Below, piece after piece: positions 12,275 through 25,762 of a DNA stretch of 64,000 nt. The notes beneath the pieces were generated by a model. That model was given only the letters and a program-made list of their open reading frames with translations, had not been told where the DNA came from and did not search any database. The translations under genes and the position numbers were made by a program. Source of the stretch: Octopus vulgaris (lineage: Eukaryota); NCBI GenBank assembly GCA_951406725.2, contig OX597824.1, forward strand, positions 76,632,001 through 76,696,000, in the 5' to 3' direction. The first letter of the stretch is position 1, and the number at the start of each line of letters is the position of its first letter.

Positions 12275-12594
12275 GGCGCATGGCTTAGTGGTTAGGGCAT
12301 TCGGCTCACGATTGTAAGGTCGTGAGTTCGATTCCCGGCGACGCGTTGTGTCCTTGAGCAAGACACTTTATTTCTCGTTGCTCCAGTCCACTCAGCTAGC
12401 AAAAATGAGTTGTACCTGTATTTCAAAGGGCCGACCTTGTCACACTCTGTGTCACGCTGAATCTCCCCGAGAACTACGTTAGGGGTACACGTGTCTGTGG
12501 ATTGCTCAGCCACTTGCACGTTAATTTCACGAGCAGGCTGTTCCGTTGATCAGATCAGCGGGGACCCTCGTCGTCGTAACTGACGGAGTGCTCC
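12275..12594 (+). mobile_element. SINE family C, full length with 13 bp TSD
   Basis: A and B boxes; TGTTGTCACACTT at 12256 and 12603. Confidence 0.92.
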
Positions 12595-14342
12595 TATATA
12601 TATGTTGTCACACTTGCCTGCTATTTACTTCTCTTTAACTTGTATTATTTTTCTTTCTAATCGTATTATCCTCAACGCTGTATTACTGATTGCTTCCGAA
12701 GCTCTTAATTTGATCTGCTTCAGGCCCATCTTCTTCATTATTACAATTATATCTATCTAAGATCGATATGGACAATTTTACTATTCACATTTTGTGTAAA
12801 GAGAGGAATATACATCAGCGTTTATCTAAATTTATCTTAAATCATTTATACGATTATTATTAGCAACAATAAGATTATAATTACTTGAAGGTCACGTGGA
12901 TGTTCTACATTTTATAAATGTTCTTATTTCAATTTTGATGCATAAATTTATTGATCTTCATAACATTGTTTCATTATGTTAAAAACTTCGATTATGTCTT
13001 CGATTTCGCTCAACACTTAACGTTGTTGAACGTGTACTCTACTCGAATTTGTTTCATTATGTTAAAGGTTTCGATTTTGTCTCCGATTGCTTTCCATATT
13101 CAAGACTGTTAAAAGTGTAACACTCCAGCTTACATAGCGACAAACAGAATAGTATTATGACCGTTTACTTCATTTTTTCCCCCTTCCTTTTTGTTAGACA
13201 TTATCTGTGGTGAAGTTCGATGCTATTGATTTCAGAGATTTATTTGTTTGCTAATTCTAAAGGGTCAATCGACCATCTTTAAAACGGCATTCATTGCATG
13301 GATTTTTATACTTTTTTACTCTTAATACCAATCCCTCTAAGGTAGCTCCTTCATAGTTTCTATCTTCATTTCCCTTTTCTTCAGATGCAAATTATCGTAT
13401 GTATTCTTCACTTATTTCCCCTGCGAAGCAAAGCTTTTGGCCACACAGGATAGCTTATCTATTGAAAAGAATCAATATTCTTCGCGAATGTTTGCCGGAT
13501 CTATTCTATGTTATTAATGACCGTAAAACCGAAAGGTCCGTGTGAACTATGAACAATAGTTCAACTACCTCAAAATAAACGTGCTTTTCTTGTTCTTCCT
13601 TTTATTATATTTTATATCATTTTATTTCTGTTCCCCGTGTCAATGTCACTCCCTGTTTCTATATTCATTGTTGCTTTCATAACTGTTTTCATAATTTCTA
13701 CAGCCATTTTATGTGTAAGATGCTTTCAGTTTCTTTAATGGCATGTAAGAAAGAAGTACACATAAGATACTGTAATTAAACATTGCTGAAATATAACTGG
13801 CAACACGCAAATAACACCGATTCACCACCTACTCAATAAAACGAAATAAAGTTACTTAGAAGAGATGACCTCATCGACATGCAATGCAATGCAAACAACT
13901 TAATGCTACAACACGCTCCAACCTTTATGGTCCTCACTGCCATAGGTATATAATCACTACTCACATGCATAGACATTTAATACATTTTAGGACGTTATTA
14001 TGAAGCGTCTTCAAACAATGGCCATCCTACGGCGAACAAACAATCGCAAAAACACACGGAGACAGGCAACTCTATTAAGAGCCTCAAAAAGCTTCGTGCT
14101 TACTTATATAGAAACCCTCGGCACTGATACTGTGCTATATTTCACTTAATTAATATATGTATTTGTGGACACTCACATACGCCCGCACACACACATACAT
14201 ACACATACACACATATATACATATAAAATCGCAGTAGAGTTCGCTCGAACGGACAGCCATGTTAAAGTGGCTACGAATATTACTTGTCAGTACAGTTACA
14301 CTACGTTGATCTCCTAGAGAGATTTTAGAATTAACATTTTTG

Positions 14343-14382
<40 letters not shown>

Positions 14383-14526
14383 CTGATAGGCAAATTTTAT
14401 ATCCAATATAGCTATGTGTCTCTCTGTCTCAGTCTCTGCTTTTGTGTCTGTCTGTCTGTCTGTCTCTTTGCAAACGCGTACAAACGCATATATACATGCA
14501 TACATACATACATACATATATATATA

Positions 14527-14579
<53 letters not shown>

Positions 14580-14603
14580 GTATATGTATATGTATATATA
14601 CAT

Positions 14604-14658
<55 letters not shown>

Positions 14659-14668
14659 CATACATATA

Positions 14669-14748
<80 letters not shown>

Positions 14749-14849
14749 TGTATAAATATATAAGAATTTTTTGTGTCATAAGATGAAAAACCAAGGCTGT
14801 ATAGATATCAAAGTATTTATAGATAGGTCTTACAGCTGTTTCTAGGATA

Positions 14850-15240
14850 TCTTTATATATAAAAGTCAAGTTGTGTGTCTGTCTCCTACGATTTAGATTC
14901 CTAACTACTCCCACATTTTGCTGTGCAGTTTAACCGGGTATCTTATAGTCGTGATTCATATCGAGCCCTTCTGGGTATTAGCGCGCGTCTACGATGAGTC
15001 TACGATTTAAAAAAAAATTTACCATTATTTTTCCGTATTTTTAATGCATTTTCGCTCGGTTTATATAAGGGAAGTAACTCTCTAAAAATGTATTATTAAA
15101 TCTCAGAACGTAAAAAGCTACAGTAACACCCCTCCTTTGTGGTTAGCCATATTGAGATGGCTATTATACTTTACATCTCTAAAAATGCTTATATAGTTAT
15201 TTCCCTTACAAACTCGAGCAACGCCGGGTGATACTGCTAG
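14850..15240 (+). mobile_element. Non-autonomous Helitron
   Basis: A|TC 5' end, subterminal hairpin (CTCGAGCAACGCCGGG), CTAG|T 3' end, no TSD; closely related to 61236-61633. Confidence 0.88.
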
Positions 15241-15289
15241 TTAATTAATAATATCCCTTCATCGGAGACGGTGTGAGAGGAAAATTAAG

Positions 15290-15339
<50 letters not shown>

Positions 15340-15408
15340 TCGTGTGTGCGTATATATATATATATATATATATGTGTGTAAGTGTATAGTCATAATTATA
15401 TATATAAA

Positions 15409-15718
15409 GGAGCACTCCGTCGGTTACAGCGACGAGCGTCTCAACTGATACGATGAACGGAACTGCTTGCTCGTGAAATTAACGTGCAAGTGGCTGAGAA
15501 CTGAACTGACACGTGCACCCTTAAGTACTTCTCAGGAAGATTCAGTGTGACACAGAGCGTGAAAAGGCCGGGCCTTTGAAATACAGGTACGACTCATTTT
15601 TGCCAATTGGGTGGACTGGAGTAACGTCAAATAAAGTGCCTTGCTCAAGGACACAACGCGTCACCGGGAATTGAATTCACGATCGTGATCCGAATTCCCT
15701 AACCACTATGCCAAGCGC
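15409..15718 (-). mobile_element. SINE family C
   Basis: Reverse complement of the family C head and shared tail. Confidence 0.85.
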
Positions 15719-15743
15719 TTTCACGTATATATACATATATACA

Positions 15744-16161
15744 TACTCTCTTTTACTCTTTTACTTGTTTCAGTCATTTTGACTGCGGCCATGCCGAAGC
15801 ACCGCCTGTTTTTTTTTTTTAATCGAGCAACTCGAACCCGGGACTTATTCTTTTGTAAGCCCAGTACTTATTCTATCGGTCTCTTTTGCCGAACTGCTAA
15901 GTAACGAGGACATAAACACACCAGCATTGGTTGTCAAGCAATGCTAGGGGGACAAACACAGACACACAAACACACACATGCATATATATACATATATACG
16001 ACGGGCTTCTTTCAGTTTCCGCCTACCAAATCCACTCACAAGGCTTTGGTCGGCCCGAGGCTACAGTAGAAGACACATGCCCAAGGTGTCACGCAGTGGT
16101 ACTGAACCCGGAACCATGTGGTTGGTAAACAAGCTACTTACCACACAGCCACTCCTGCGCC
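15744..16161 (-). mobile_element. SINE family A, full length
   Basis: Head GGCGCAGGAGTGGCTGTGTGG and GAGTAAAA tail repeats on the minus strand. Confidence 0.93.
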
Positions 16162-16214
16162 TATACATACATACATACATACACAAACACACACACACAC
16201 ACACACATATAATA

Positions 16215-16808
16215 TACAAGGTGTGGTGAATATATTGTCATCTAAATTACGCAAAATTTAAAATAATACTGACATCTCATTTTAACAGATATATTTACCA
16301 AGATTACATAAAATTATCTTGAAATACTAAAGAGAAATTTTATTCAATAAAATCACAATTTGCTTCAATCACGGCCTCCAGATGACTTCGGAATCTTCTG
16401 CTTCTCCGCTGGACGGTCTCCATGTTTAAGTTGATGAATGCTGCCATAATCCCTGCCTTCATTTTATCTTTGGTGTTACAAGGAGTTTTGTCGGTCTCTC
16501 GCTCAACGACGGCCGACACATAATAATCAAGGGGGTTGGAATCTGGGCAGTTAGGTGGCCAGATGTTAGGGGTGATGTGGTCGCAGAAATTGTCTGACAG
16601 CCATGACTGGGTTCTCCTGCTTGTGTGGCATGGTGTAGAGTCCTGTTGCCAGACATGTTCGTATTGCAGGTTCCTGCTCGAATGCCAAGCAGTATAGCAT
16701 GTCATTTCCAAATTTCGTCATGGTGCTGTTTTCCTTGCAGACGGTGCCCAACTGAGCCTACGATACTGTGTAGTCGACAAAATCAAGAACAAACACTGCG
16801 CATGCACC

Positions 16809-16812
<4 letters not shown>
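16215..16812 (-). mobile_element. Internally deleted maT (DD37D) Tc1/mariner transposon
   Basis: ORF 16340-16711: WQQDSTPCH...WPPNCPDSNPLDYY with 37 residues between the two Asp; 5' leader shared with 26709-26938. Confidence 0.88.
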
Positions 16813-16856
<44 letters not shown>

Positions 16857-16984
16857 CACACACACTCACATACACACACACGCACACACACACTCACACA
16901 CACACGCATACACACACACACATACACGAAGCTGTGGTATATTAATGTATGATTTCAGAGAGAGCGGAAGAGAAAGCTTCCTTT

Positions 16985-17152
16985 AGTTGTTGTTGTTGCT
17001 GCTGTTTTTGTTTTTGTTGTTGTTGTTGTTCTTCTTCTTCTTGTTCTTGTTCTTCTTGTTCTTGTTCTTGTTCTTGTTCTTGTTCTTGTTCTTGTTCTTG
17101 TTCTTGTTCTTGTTCTTGTTCTTCTTCTTCTACTTCTTCTACTTCTTCTTCT
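16985..17152. repeat. Compound (GTT)n/(GTTCTT)n/(CTT)n microsatellite
   Basis: Directly visible. Confidence 0.95.
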
Positions 17153-18454
17153 TTAGCGGCAGGTTTGCAGTGATCAATGAAGCCCACGTTAAAAGAATTT
17201 CAAAGTGTGACTCTCTCGTTTGTTTTTATATCAGGAACAACGATTTTAATGTGCCTTTCCCTATTTGAAAAAAAAAAAAAGCTTAAGATGTGTTAAAGCT
17301 TAAAACTGCATGAAAACATAACAAGGCATCAACATATTTGATGTGAATTAACCAATAAATTTTAATTAATTTAAATTACACTCTTAATTTTCAAAACAAT
17401 CATTATTTCAATGTCTGATTCTGGTAAAAAAAAAAACAACAAAAAGTGCAATTGTAAGACAGCCAACCACAAATTTTAACATGCAGTGGGCAGTAAAGCT
17501 GATTTTTTTTTCTGTTAGCAATGCTCTGACAACTCATGGTGTATTTAGATTTTAATATCATATATATTAGGATGTATATTTTAGCGGTCTATTTTTATTC
17601 TAAATCGATGTTTAAATGTAATAATTCTGAAACGAGAAATCGCTGTAGGGAACCTATAGAGAATTAGCTAATAATGGTCGCATGTAAGCTATATATATAT
17701 TTTTTTCGCGTCATCATCATTCACTTGATTTTCCCTTCCTTTCGTTTATTATTTTTTTGGTATTATTTTCATTAATTTTTTATTTTCCTAATTCTATTAT
17801 TTCACGGGAGAGTTGCATGGTTGGTAAAAAAATGTATGAAAATGGATGATAATGTTCTTGTGAAAATATCTACTTATCATGATTTTACATTCATTTATTC
17901 GCTTCTTTATATATGTGTGTGTATGTGTGTATGTGCATTTGTGTGTGTGTATGTACGTGTGTGTGTGTGTGTGAGTGTGTGTGTAGGTTTTCCTCTGTTC
18001 AAATTTCAGAGAGAGGAAATAATGGCGCAGATATGTTGAACAAACGAAAACACCCTGTACATTGTTTCTTCTGACCTGTGGGCGTTTGAGCGCGCCCACA
18101 CGTTCTGTAATCTGTAGCTGAAATAAATTACTATTTGCACAAGAAATTAATGTGTTCACAAAAGGTTAGTGGCTTAAAATAATGTAGTAATTAATTATAT
18201 TTATTATACGTTCACTGTGAACACACTTCCATTACAAACAATAACACGAAGAAAAAAAGTGATAGCACAAAGCGAGTGCAACATACGCTGTAACACAGAA
18301 GTCGTATAATTATACGATATGCGTTATATCAAACTGTGGTTAACAGTCTGGCCAGACGAGTCTGTTTTGATTTTTATTAAACCTTTACTAATGAAGAGAG
18401 TTGACAGAAATGTAATGAAGTTAAAGAATCTGACGGAAAAAAAGATGTAATATT

Positions 18455-18685
18455 TATTTCTTTACTACCCACAAGGGGCTAAACACAGAGGGGACAAACA
18501 AGGACAGACAAACGGGTTAAGTCGATTACATCGACTCCAGTGCGTAACTGGTACTTAATTTATCGACCCCGAAAGGATTAAAGGCAAAGTCGACCTCAGC
18601 GGAATTTGAACCCAGAACGTAACGGCAGACGAAATACGGCTACGCATTTCGCCCGGCGTGCTAACGTTTCTGCCAGCTCGCCGCC
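18455..18685 (-). mobile_element. SINE family D with 11 bp TSD
   Basis: GGCGGCGAGCTGGCAGAAACG head, CCTTT.ATCCTTTCGGGGTCGATAAATTAAGTACC core; ATGTAATATTT on both sides. Confidence 0.92.
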
Positions 18686-18841
18686 TTATGTAATATTTGT
18701 AAAAAGATGTAATATTTGTTTGGGCTCGACACCCACCAGGATAAAAACCCCATTGAGATCAAGCTTGACTTTCGTCCTTTCCGAGTTTAACAATAACGCC
18801 GTGGGTCACATTTTCTTCTACTAGTGCTGTGAATATCGAAA

Positions 18842-19645
18842 GGCGGCGAGCTGGCAGAAACGTTAGCACGCCGGGCGAAATGCGTAGCCGTATTTCGTCT
18901 GCCGTTACGTTCTGAGTTCAAATTCTGCCGAGGTCGACTTTGCCTTTCATCCTTTCGGGGTCGATAAATTAAGTACCAGCTACGCACTGGGGTCGATGTA
19001 ATCGACATAATCCGTTTGTCTGTCATTGTTTGTCCCCTCTATGTTTAGCCCCTTGTGGGTAGTAAAGAAATAGAAATAGGTATTTCGTCTGCCGCTACGT
19101 TGTGAGTTCAAATTCCGCCGAAGTCGACTTTGCCTTCCATCTTTCGGGATCGATAAATTAAGTACCATTTACGCACTGGGGTCGATGTAATCGACCTAAT
19201 CCCTTTGTCTGTCCTTGTTTGTTCCCTCTATGTTTAGCCCTTTGTGGGCAATAAAGAAATGAGAAACGTTAGCACGTTGAGTGAAATGATTTGCCGTATT
19301 GCATCCGTCTTTACGTTCAAATTCTGTCGAGGTCGACTTTGCCTTTCATCCTTTTGGGTGCCGATAAATTAAATACCAGTTGCGTACTGGGGTCGATCTA
19401 ATCGATTAGCCCACTCCCCCAAAATCTCGAGCCTTGTGCCTAGAGTAGAAAATATTATATACCATTTATATATTTATAAAAAGGCGGGGAGCTGGCTGAA
19501 ACGTTCTGAGTTCAAATTACGCCGAAGTCGACTTTGCCTTTCATCCTTTCGGGGTCAATAAATTAAGTACCAGTTGCATAGTGGTGTCGATTTAATCGAC
19601 TGTTCCATCCCCCAAAATTTCGGGCCTTGTGCCTAGAGCAGAAAA
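18842..19645 (+). mobile_element. Tandem array of four SINE D units with two tail types
   Basis: Core GTCGACTTTGCCTT.CATC repeated near 18932, 19123, 19332 and 19527. Confidence 0.9.
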
Positions 19646-19663
19646 AAAAATGTGAATATCTAA

Positions 19664-19977
19664 GACGCACGACTCAGGCTCACAATCATGAGGTAGTGAG
19701 TTCGATTTCCATGCCAGGATGTAGTTTTGTTATTAAGCAAAACACTTTATTTCATGTTGTTCCAGTTCACTCAGTTGTAGAAATGAGTTGCGAAGTCACT
19801 GGTGCCAAATTCTATCGGCTTTTGCCTTTCCTTTGGATAACATTTGTGGTGTGAAGAGTAGAAGCTGATATGCATGGGTGACTGCTAGTTTTTCATAAAC
19901 AACCTTGCTCGGACTTGTGTATCGGAGGGTAACTTTTTAGGTGCAGTCACATGGTCATTCCTGACAGAAGGGGGTCT
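19664..19977 (+). mobile_element. SINE family E
   Basis: C-like head (CTCACAATCATGAG..GAGTTCGATT) plus a distinct tail ending GAAGGGGGTCT. Confidence 0.8.
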
Positions 19978-19983
19978 TTATGT

Positions 19984-20033
<50 letters not shown>

Positions 20034-20034
20034 T

Positions 20035-20387
20035 GGTTTCAAATTTTGGCACAAGGTCTGCAAGTTCGGGTGATGAGCTAAGCCGATTACATCAATGCCA
20101 GTACTAATTTTAGCAACTCCGAAAGGATGAAAAGCAGCGTCTCCCTCAGCGGAATTTGAACTGGAAACGTAAAGACCGACGAAATGTCACGAAGCATTGT
20201 GTCCATCGCGATAACAATTCTTATTTCTTTATTGCCCACAAGGGGTTAAACATTGAGGCGACAAACAAGGACAAACAAAGGGATTAAGTCGATTACATCG
20301 ACCCTAGTGCGTAACTGGTACTTAATTTATCGACCCCGAAAGGATGAAAGGCAAAGTCGACCTCGGCGGAATTTGAACTCAGAACGT
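20035..20387 (-). mobile_element. Two SINE D-related copies
   Basis: GAAAGGATGAAA..GCGGAATTTGAACT motif occurs twice. Confidence 0.8.
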
Positions 20388-21946
20388 ACATACACTAATG
20401 ATTGTTTTTATGTTCAGTTAGAGTAAAACTAATTTTAAATTAATGTGAAGGGGTACTCTATACTTTTATGCTAGTCATAATTCAACTACAGCAGTAGTTG
20501 AATAATATTCTTAAGGCTGCAATTTACTCCCACGCTGCATATTTCATATCTTGTCGCTATTTCAATTGTTAACTAAATGGAAAACCGTTAGCGTTTTTGA
20601 AGAGGCCAAGTCTCTAGCTACATTTTGGCATTAAAAAATGAGATTTGGTTCAGTAGAAAAAAATTTTAATCACAATTTGTTATACGAGAGTATATAACGC
20701 CACCTGTCAAGTTTAGATCTAAATATCTTTTTTTCATTTTGAGAGCAAAATATATATTTATCTTAGCTTCAATGACAGAATAAAGCCTGAAGAATTCCAT
20801 AGTTTTGTACCATGCAGTAACAAATTTGTGAAGTAAAATATCATGAAAAAATATAAGCCAAAATATTGGATTTAAGTATAAATAAAGTTTTTTTTCTTTT
20901 AAAAACAAACTATATTTTAATTAAGCTTAAATGATAGAGCTCAATTCAAGGAGTTTTATGGTATCAATCTCATGCGATGAAATTCTAAATGAAAATAGTT
21001 ATGAGTGTTTGTTGCTCTAATTTGTGGGTGATAAATATAATTCTACGCATTTTTTATTCTAAGGGGACATTATATATATATATGTTACCGGCATCATTGA
21101 GGTAAAGAAAAATCTTATCAACGACACTGCGAGGAATTTCATAGTTTTCGTCCAACTAAATGGAATATTTTAATAATTTTTGTATATCAGTTAACAATCT
21201 CATGCAATGAAGTTCTAAAAGAAAACATGAGTATTTGTTTCTGAAATTTGAGGGTGATGATATAGTTCTATGCATTTTTTATGGAAATAGTTCTATAAAG
21301 GAACTTTTCATATATGTCACCGGTGCGGTTGTTTCTGTATTTCAATTAAAAAGTAAAATTTACACTCTCATAAATCTTTGACATTCATAATATCTTTGAC
21401 AATTAATCTAGATTCGTATTTTAATCAGTTACCGGCGAATTGCTTTATTTTTCACTTTTCATTTGTCTCTCTTCTTACTAGGCTTGTTACTATATAGGTC
21501 ACAGTTCTATTTTTTCTGTAATTTATAAAAAAAAAAGATTTTTATCTTAAAATATTCTTTATATTAGAATTAGTTTCTTAATGAATTTTAATTAATCAAG
21601 AATATATTTTAAAAATAAATTATCACATATCGTTTACGCGTTTTTTGTTATAATTTGTTTCAATATAATAATTATATATTAGCACAAAACAAGCACTCAA
21701 TTTTTTTATAATAATAATCGCTTGTGTGCTTTAATTTTAAGGCTACTCATTATTGGTGGGTGGGGTAGAATTAAATCCGGGGCCTGGGATTAATAAAAAG
21801 GATAATAATAATAAGGGGGTAATCAACTGGATGAAGAAGAAAGGAAGAAAAGACAACATGCTGAAGAGCAAGCTAAATATAGGAGAAAAATTTGATGCGT
21901 TATTAATTAGCATAATAGCATAGCATGAAAAAAAAAACATGGATTA

Positions 21947-23147
21947 CATGGGAAAATGCGAGCAAGAGAAATAATATTCTTAAACATATAAGCCTGGAAA
22001 AGTAGAGGACAAATTATTACACTTGGAAAAATTCAGGACAGGTTATTACATCTGGTAAAGTACAGAACAAGACAAGTTTTACTTAAAATATTGCAGCTAA
22101 CGATAAAATTTGAATATTACAAATCATTTGATTTCAATTTACAAAGAAGCATAATGATTAAAAAAGGTACCATCATTTTGGTGAAATACTGACACACTAG
22201 AATACTTTTAAAATGTAATCCAGAAGAACCAATATAGTTAAAGTTTTATGCAAAGAAGGATAGTATATATGGTAGGCAAATTCATTGTGTAAAAAATAGG
22301 CATTGGGTCAAAACTAAAAATGTGAAGAGTTGGCAATAACTTAGGCAACAACCCGAGCCAATTTTACTGTGAATTTGTTGTTATAAGTAAATTTTACTGT
22401 AATATATAACTAATTTTTGTATTATTCTATTTATTGTACTAACTATGTACTACTATTATTTACAATAACCTGTGGAGGCGCAATGGCCCAGTGGTTAGGT
22501 CGTAGGATCGTGGTTTCGATTGTGAGTGTTTATTGAGCGAAAACACCTAAAGCTTCACAAGGCTCCTGCAGGGGGTGGTGGTGAACCCTGCTGTACTCTT
22601 TCACCACAACTTTCTCTCACTCTTTCTTCCTGTTTCTGCTGTACCTGTATTTCAAAGGGCCAGCCTTGTCACACTCTGTGTCACGCTGAATCCCCTCGAG
22701 AACTACGTTAAGGGTACACGTGTCTGTGGAATGCTCAGCCACTTGCACGTTAATTCCACGAGCAAGCTGTTCCGTTGATCGTAACCGACGGAGTGCTCCT
22801 ACTACAATAACCTATTTTCAACGTTCTAATTATTAATTAATCATTTTAAAAAATCAATTTCCTAAAAGTGCGAAAAGTATTTTAATTGAGTTACTTTTAA
22901 TAGAAGTAACAAGTTATAACAAAGAGAAGTAATAACTTGTAATAATTTTTTTTAGTTTTAATAAAAGCTAATATTTTCTAGATTCAAATATTTTATTTGA
23001 AATTTTTTTCCTTAGCTGCAATATTTTAAGTAAAAAATATTTTTGTTCTGTTAATACCAGATGTAATAATTTACTCTCAACTTGTCCTGTATTTTTCCAG
23101 GTTTATAAGTTTAAGAATATTATTTCTCTTGCTCGCATTTTTCCATG
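21947..23147. mobile_element. Non-autonomous DNA transposon with ~160 bp imperfect TIRs and TA flanks
   Basis: TA|CATGGGAAAATGCGAGCAAGAGAAATAATATTCTTAAAC at the left end and GTTTAAGAATATTATTTCTCTTGCTCGCATTTTTCCATG|TA at the right end. Confidence 0.8.
22472..22800 (+). mobile_element. SINE family B (small internal deletions) with 11 bp TSD
   Basis: TACAATAACCT at 22461 and 22803. Confidence 0.92.
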
Positions 23148-24179
23148 TAATATAAATTGTTCTTTAATAAGAATAATATTCTTCAATTAACCTCGATATA
23201 GAATAATTATATATGTGTGTGTGTGTATACATATATACATATATATGTACACTGTGAGTCTTATTTCTTTCTCTTCGGGATTATCCTTTCGACGGATCTC
23301 GTTATACAGTATCCTAGCAACAACATCATGTTTGCTCGATAGTTAGTACTTTGATGACATACGTACATAAATATATTTATATATGTATGTATGTATGCAT
23401 GTATGTATGTATGTATGTATGTATGTATGTATGTATGTATGTATGTATGTATGTATGTATTCATGCATGTATGTATGTATGTATGCATGCATGCATGTAT
23501 GTATGTATGTATGTATGTATGTATGTATGTATGTATGTATGTATGTATGTATGTATGTATAAGCTATTGGGACAGTAAATGCTACGCAATCACAACTAGT
23601 GAAATTCGGGTGATCGCCGGTGTGGGAATTGATGAAAGGAATGTTGTATTTATTTAACTCAGAAAAGCAATATTTTGGGTGTATATATATGTGCTTATGC
23701 ATTTACACACACACACATATATATGTATACACACACATATGTGTGTGTGTATGTGCGCACGAGTTTAATGTGGTCTATATATCGAAGCCTTTTTATTCTT
23801 ATCTGAAGGATTTTGTTTCAATTTCGAAGAGAGTTGGGGTGAGAGATGGCAGGCTTTTGTATTTTGTGTCGGTGAATGTCTTGTTTTGTGATTAGAAAAT
23901 ATTTTCAAGGAGAGGTTAAAATGTCAGATTGTTGTGTATTATTCAAATTTTGTGAACGTGTGAGGTATTATGCCGACTTGATTTGGAATTCTGGTTCTGA
24001 ATGTGACATTCATTGATGCATGAAACATTCTTTCATGTGATGTGATATATGATATGATATGACATATATTATATTATATTATGTTTATATATATACATAC
24101 ATATGCATGTATATATATATATGTATGTGTGTGTACATATATAAATATGTATACATAAATACTGATATATATATGTGTG

Positions 24180-24570
<391 letters not shown>

Positions 24571-24618
24571 TATATATATATGTATGTATGTATGTATACA
24601 TATATATATATATATATG

Positions 24619-24654
<36 letters not shown>

Positions 24655-24667
24655 TACAGTGAATAAA

Positions 24668-25033
24668 GTGGAGGCGCAATGGTCCAGTGGTTAGTGCAGC
24701 GGAATCGCGGTCTTGGGATCACGGTTTCGATTCCCAAACTGAGCGCTGTGAGTGTTTATTGAGCGAAAACACCTAAAGCTCTACGAGGCCCCGGCAGGTG
24801 GTGGTGGTGATCCCTGTTGTACTCTTTCATCACAATTTTCTCTCACTCTTTCTTCCTGTTTTCAAAGGGCCGGCCTTGTCACGCACTGTGTCACGCTGAA
24901 TCTCCCCGAGAACTACGTCAAGGGTACACATGTCTGTGGAGTGCTCAGCCGCTTGCTCGCCAATTTCCCGAACTGGCTGTTCCGTTGATCGGATCAACTG
25001 GAACCTTCGTCATCGTAACAGACGGAGTGCCAC
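24668..25033 (+). mobile_element. SINE family B
   Basis: Head and shared tail. Confidence 0.9.
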
Positions 25034-25040
25034 AATATAT

Positions 25041-25090
<50 letters not shown>

Positions 25091-25517
25091 TCATTTATTA
25101 TATATCATTTGTGAATGCACGTGTGCATAAGATTGTTTTAAGTGGAATGTACATTTGTGAAAGAAAATGTAGTTTCTGGAATATAATATTTTTAAGCACA
25201 TAAAAAGTATCTTATGTGAGTGACAATAAAGTGATTGGAGAGAAAAGAGAAGTGTTGGGTATAACTCTTTAGCAGAAAAATAATTGTTAAAAGGAAAACA
25301 CTTAGAGAAGGACAGTGGGCGAGACGGGGAAGAGAGAGACAAGGAGTGCACGGTAAGAGGTTAGGATAAATGGAATCTATATACAAATTACATGTATATG
25401 TTTATGTGTGTGCCTCCATATATGAATGCGTGTTTATAAATAAATAAATAAATATATATATATATATATATATGCATATGCATGCATACATACATATATA
25501 TGTATGTATACACACAC

Positions 25518-25554
<37 letters not shown>

Positions 25555-25555
<1 letters not shown>

Positions 25556-25721
25556 CTCTATTTTCTCTCCTTGTTTATTTCTGGGATTCTTTCGGTGGAA
25601 GAGCGTAGGCTCGAAACGTTAAAAACGTTTTCCCTTCCCGAGCGTTAAACTAATACATCTGTTTGTTGTCTACACCACCTGTTTTCGTCTTTTGTTTTTT
25701 TTTTTGTGTGTGAATTCTCCC
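25555..25721 (+). mobile_element. Short Penelope-like terminal-repeat relic in (TA)n
   Basis: Homologue of 4121-4266. Confidence 0.55.
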
Positions 25722-25762
25722 TATATATATATACGCACATTTTGAATTTGAATATATATACA

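Noticed and set aside
14380-14914. YIYI-type ORFs here and throughout the window
   Set aside because: (TA)n, (CA)n and (TATG)n lack stop codons, so these are artefacts
18842-19645. CRISPR-like repeat array
   Set aside because: Units are SINE multimers with no unique spacers, in a eukaryotic context
20966-21324. Diverged ~125 bp direct repeat (small duplications also at 12969-13110, 29030-29112 and 55817-55851)
   Set aside because: Ordinary local duplications with no further structure
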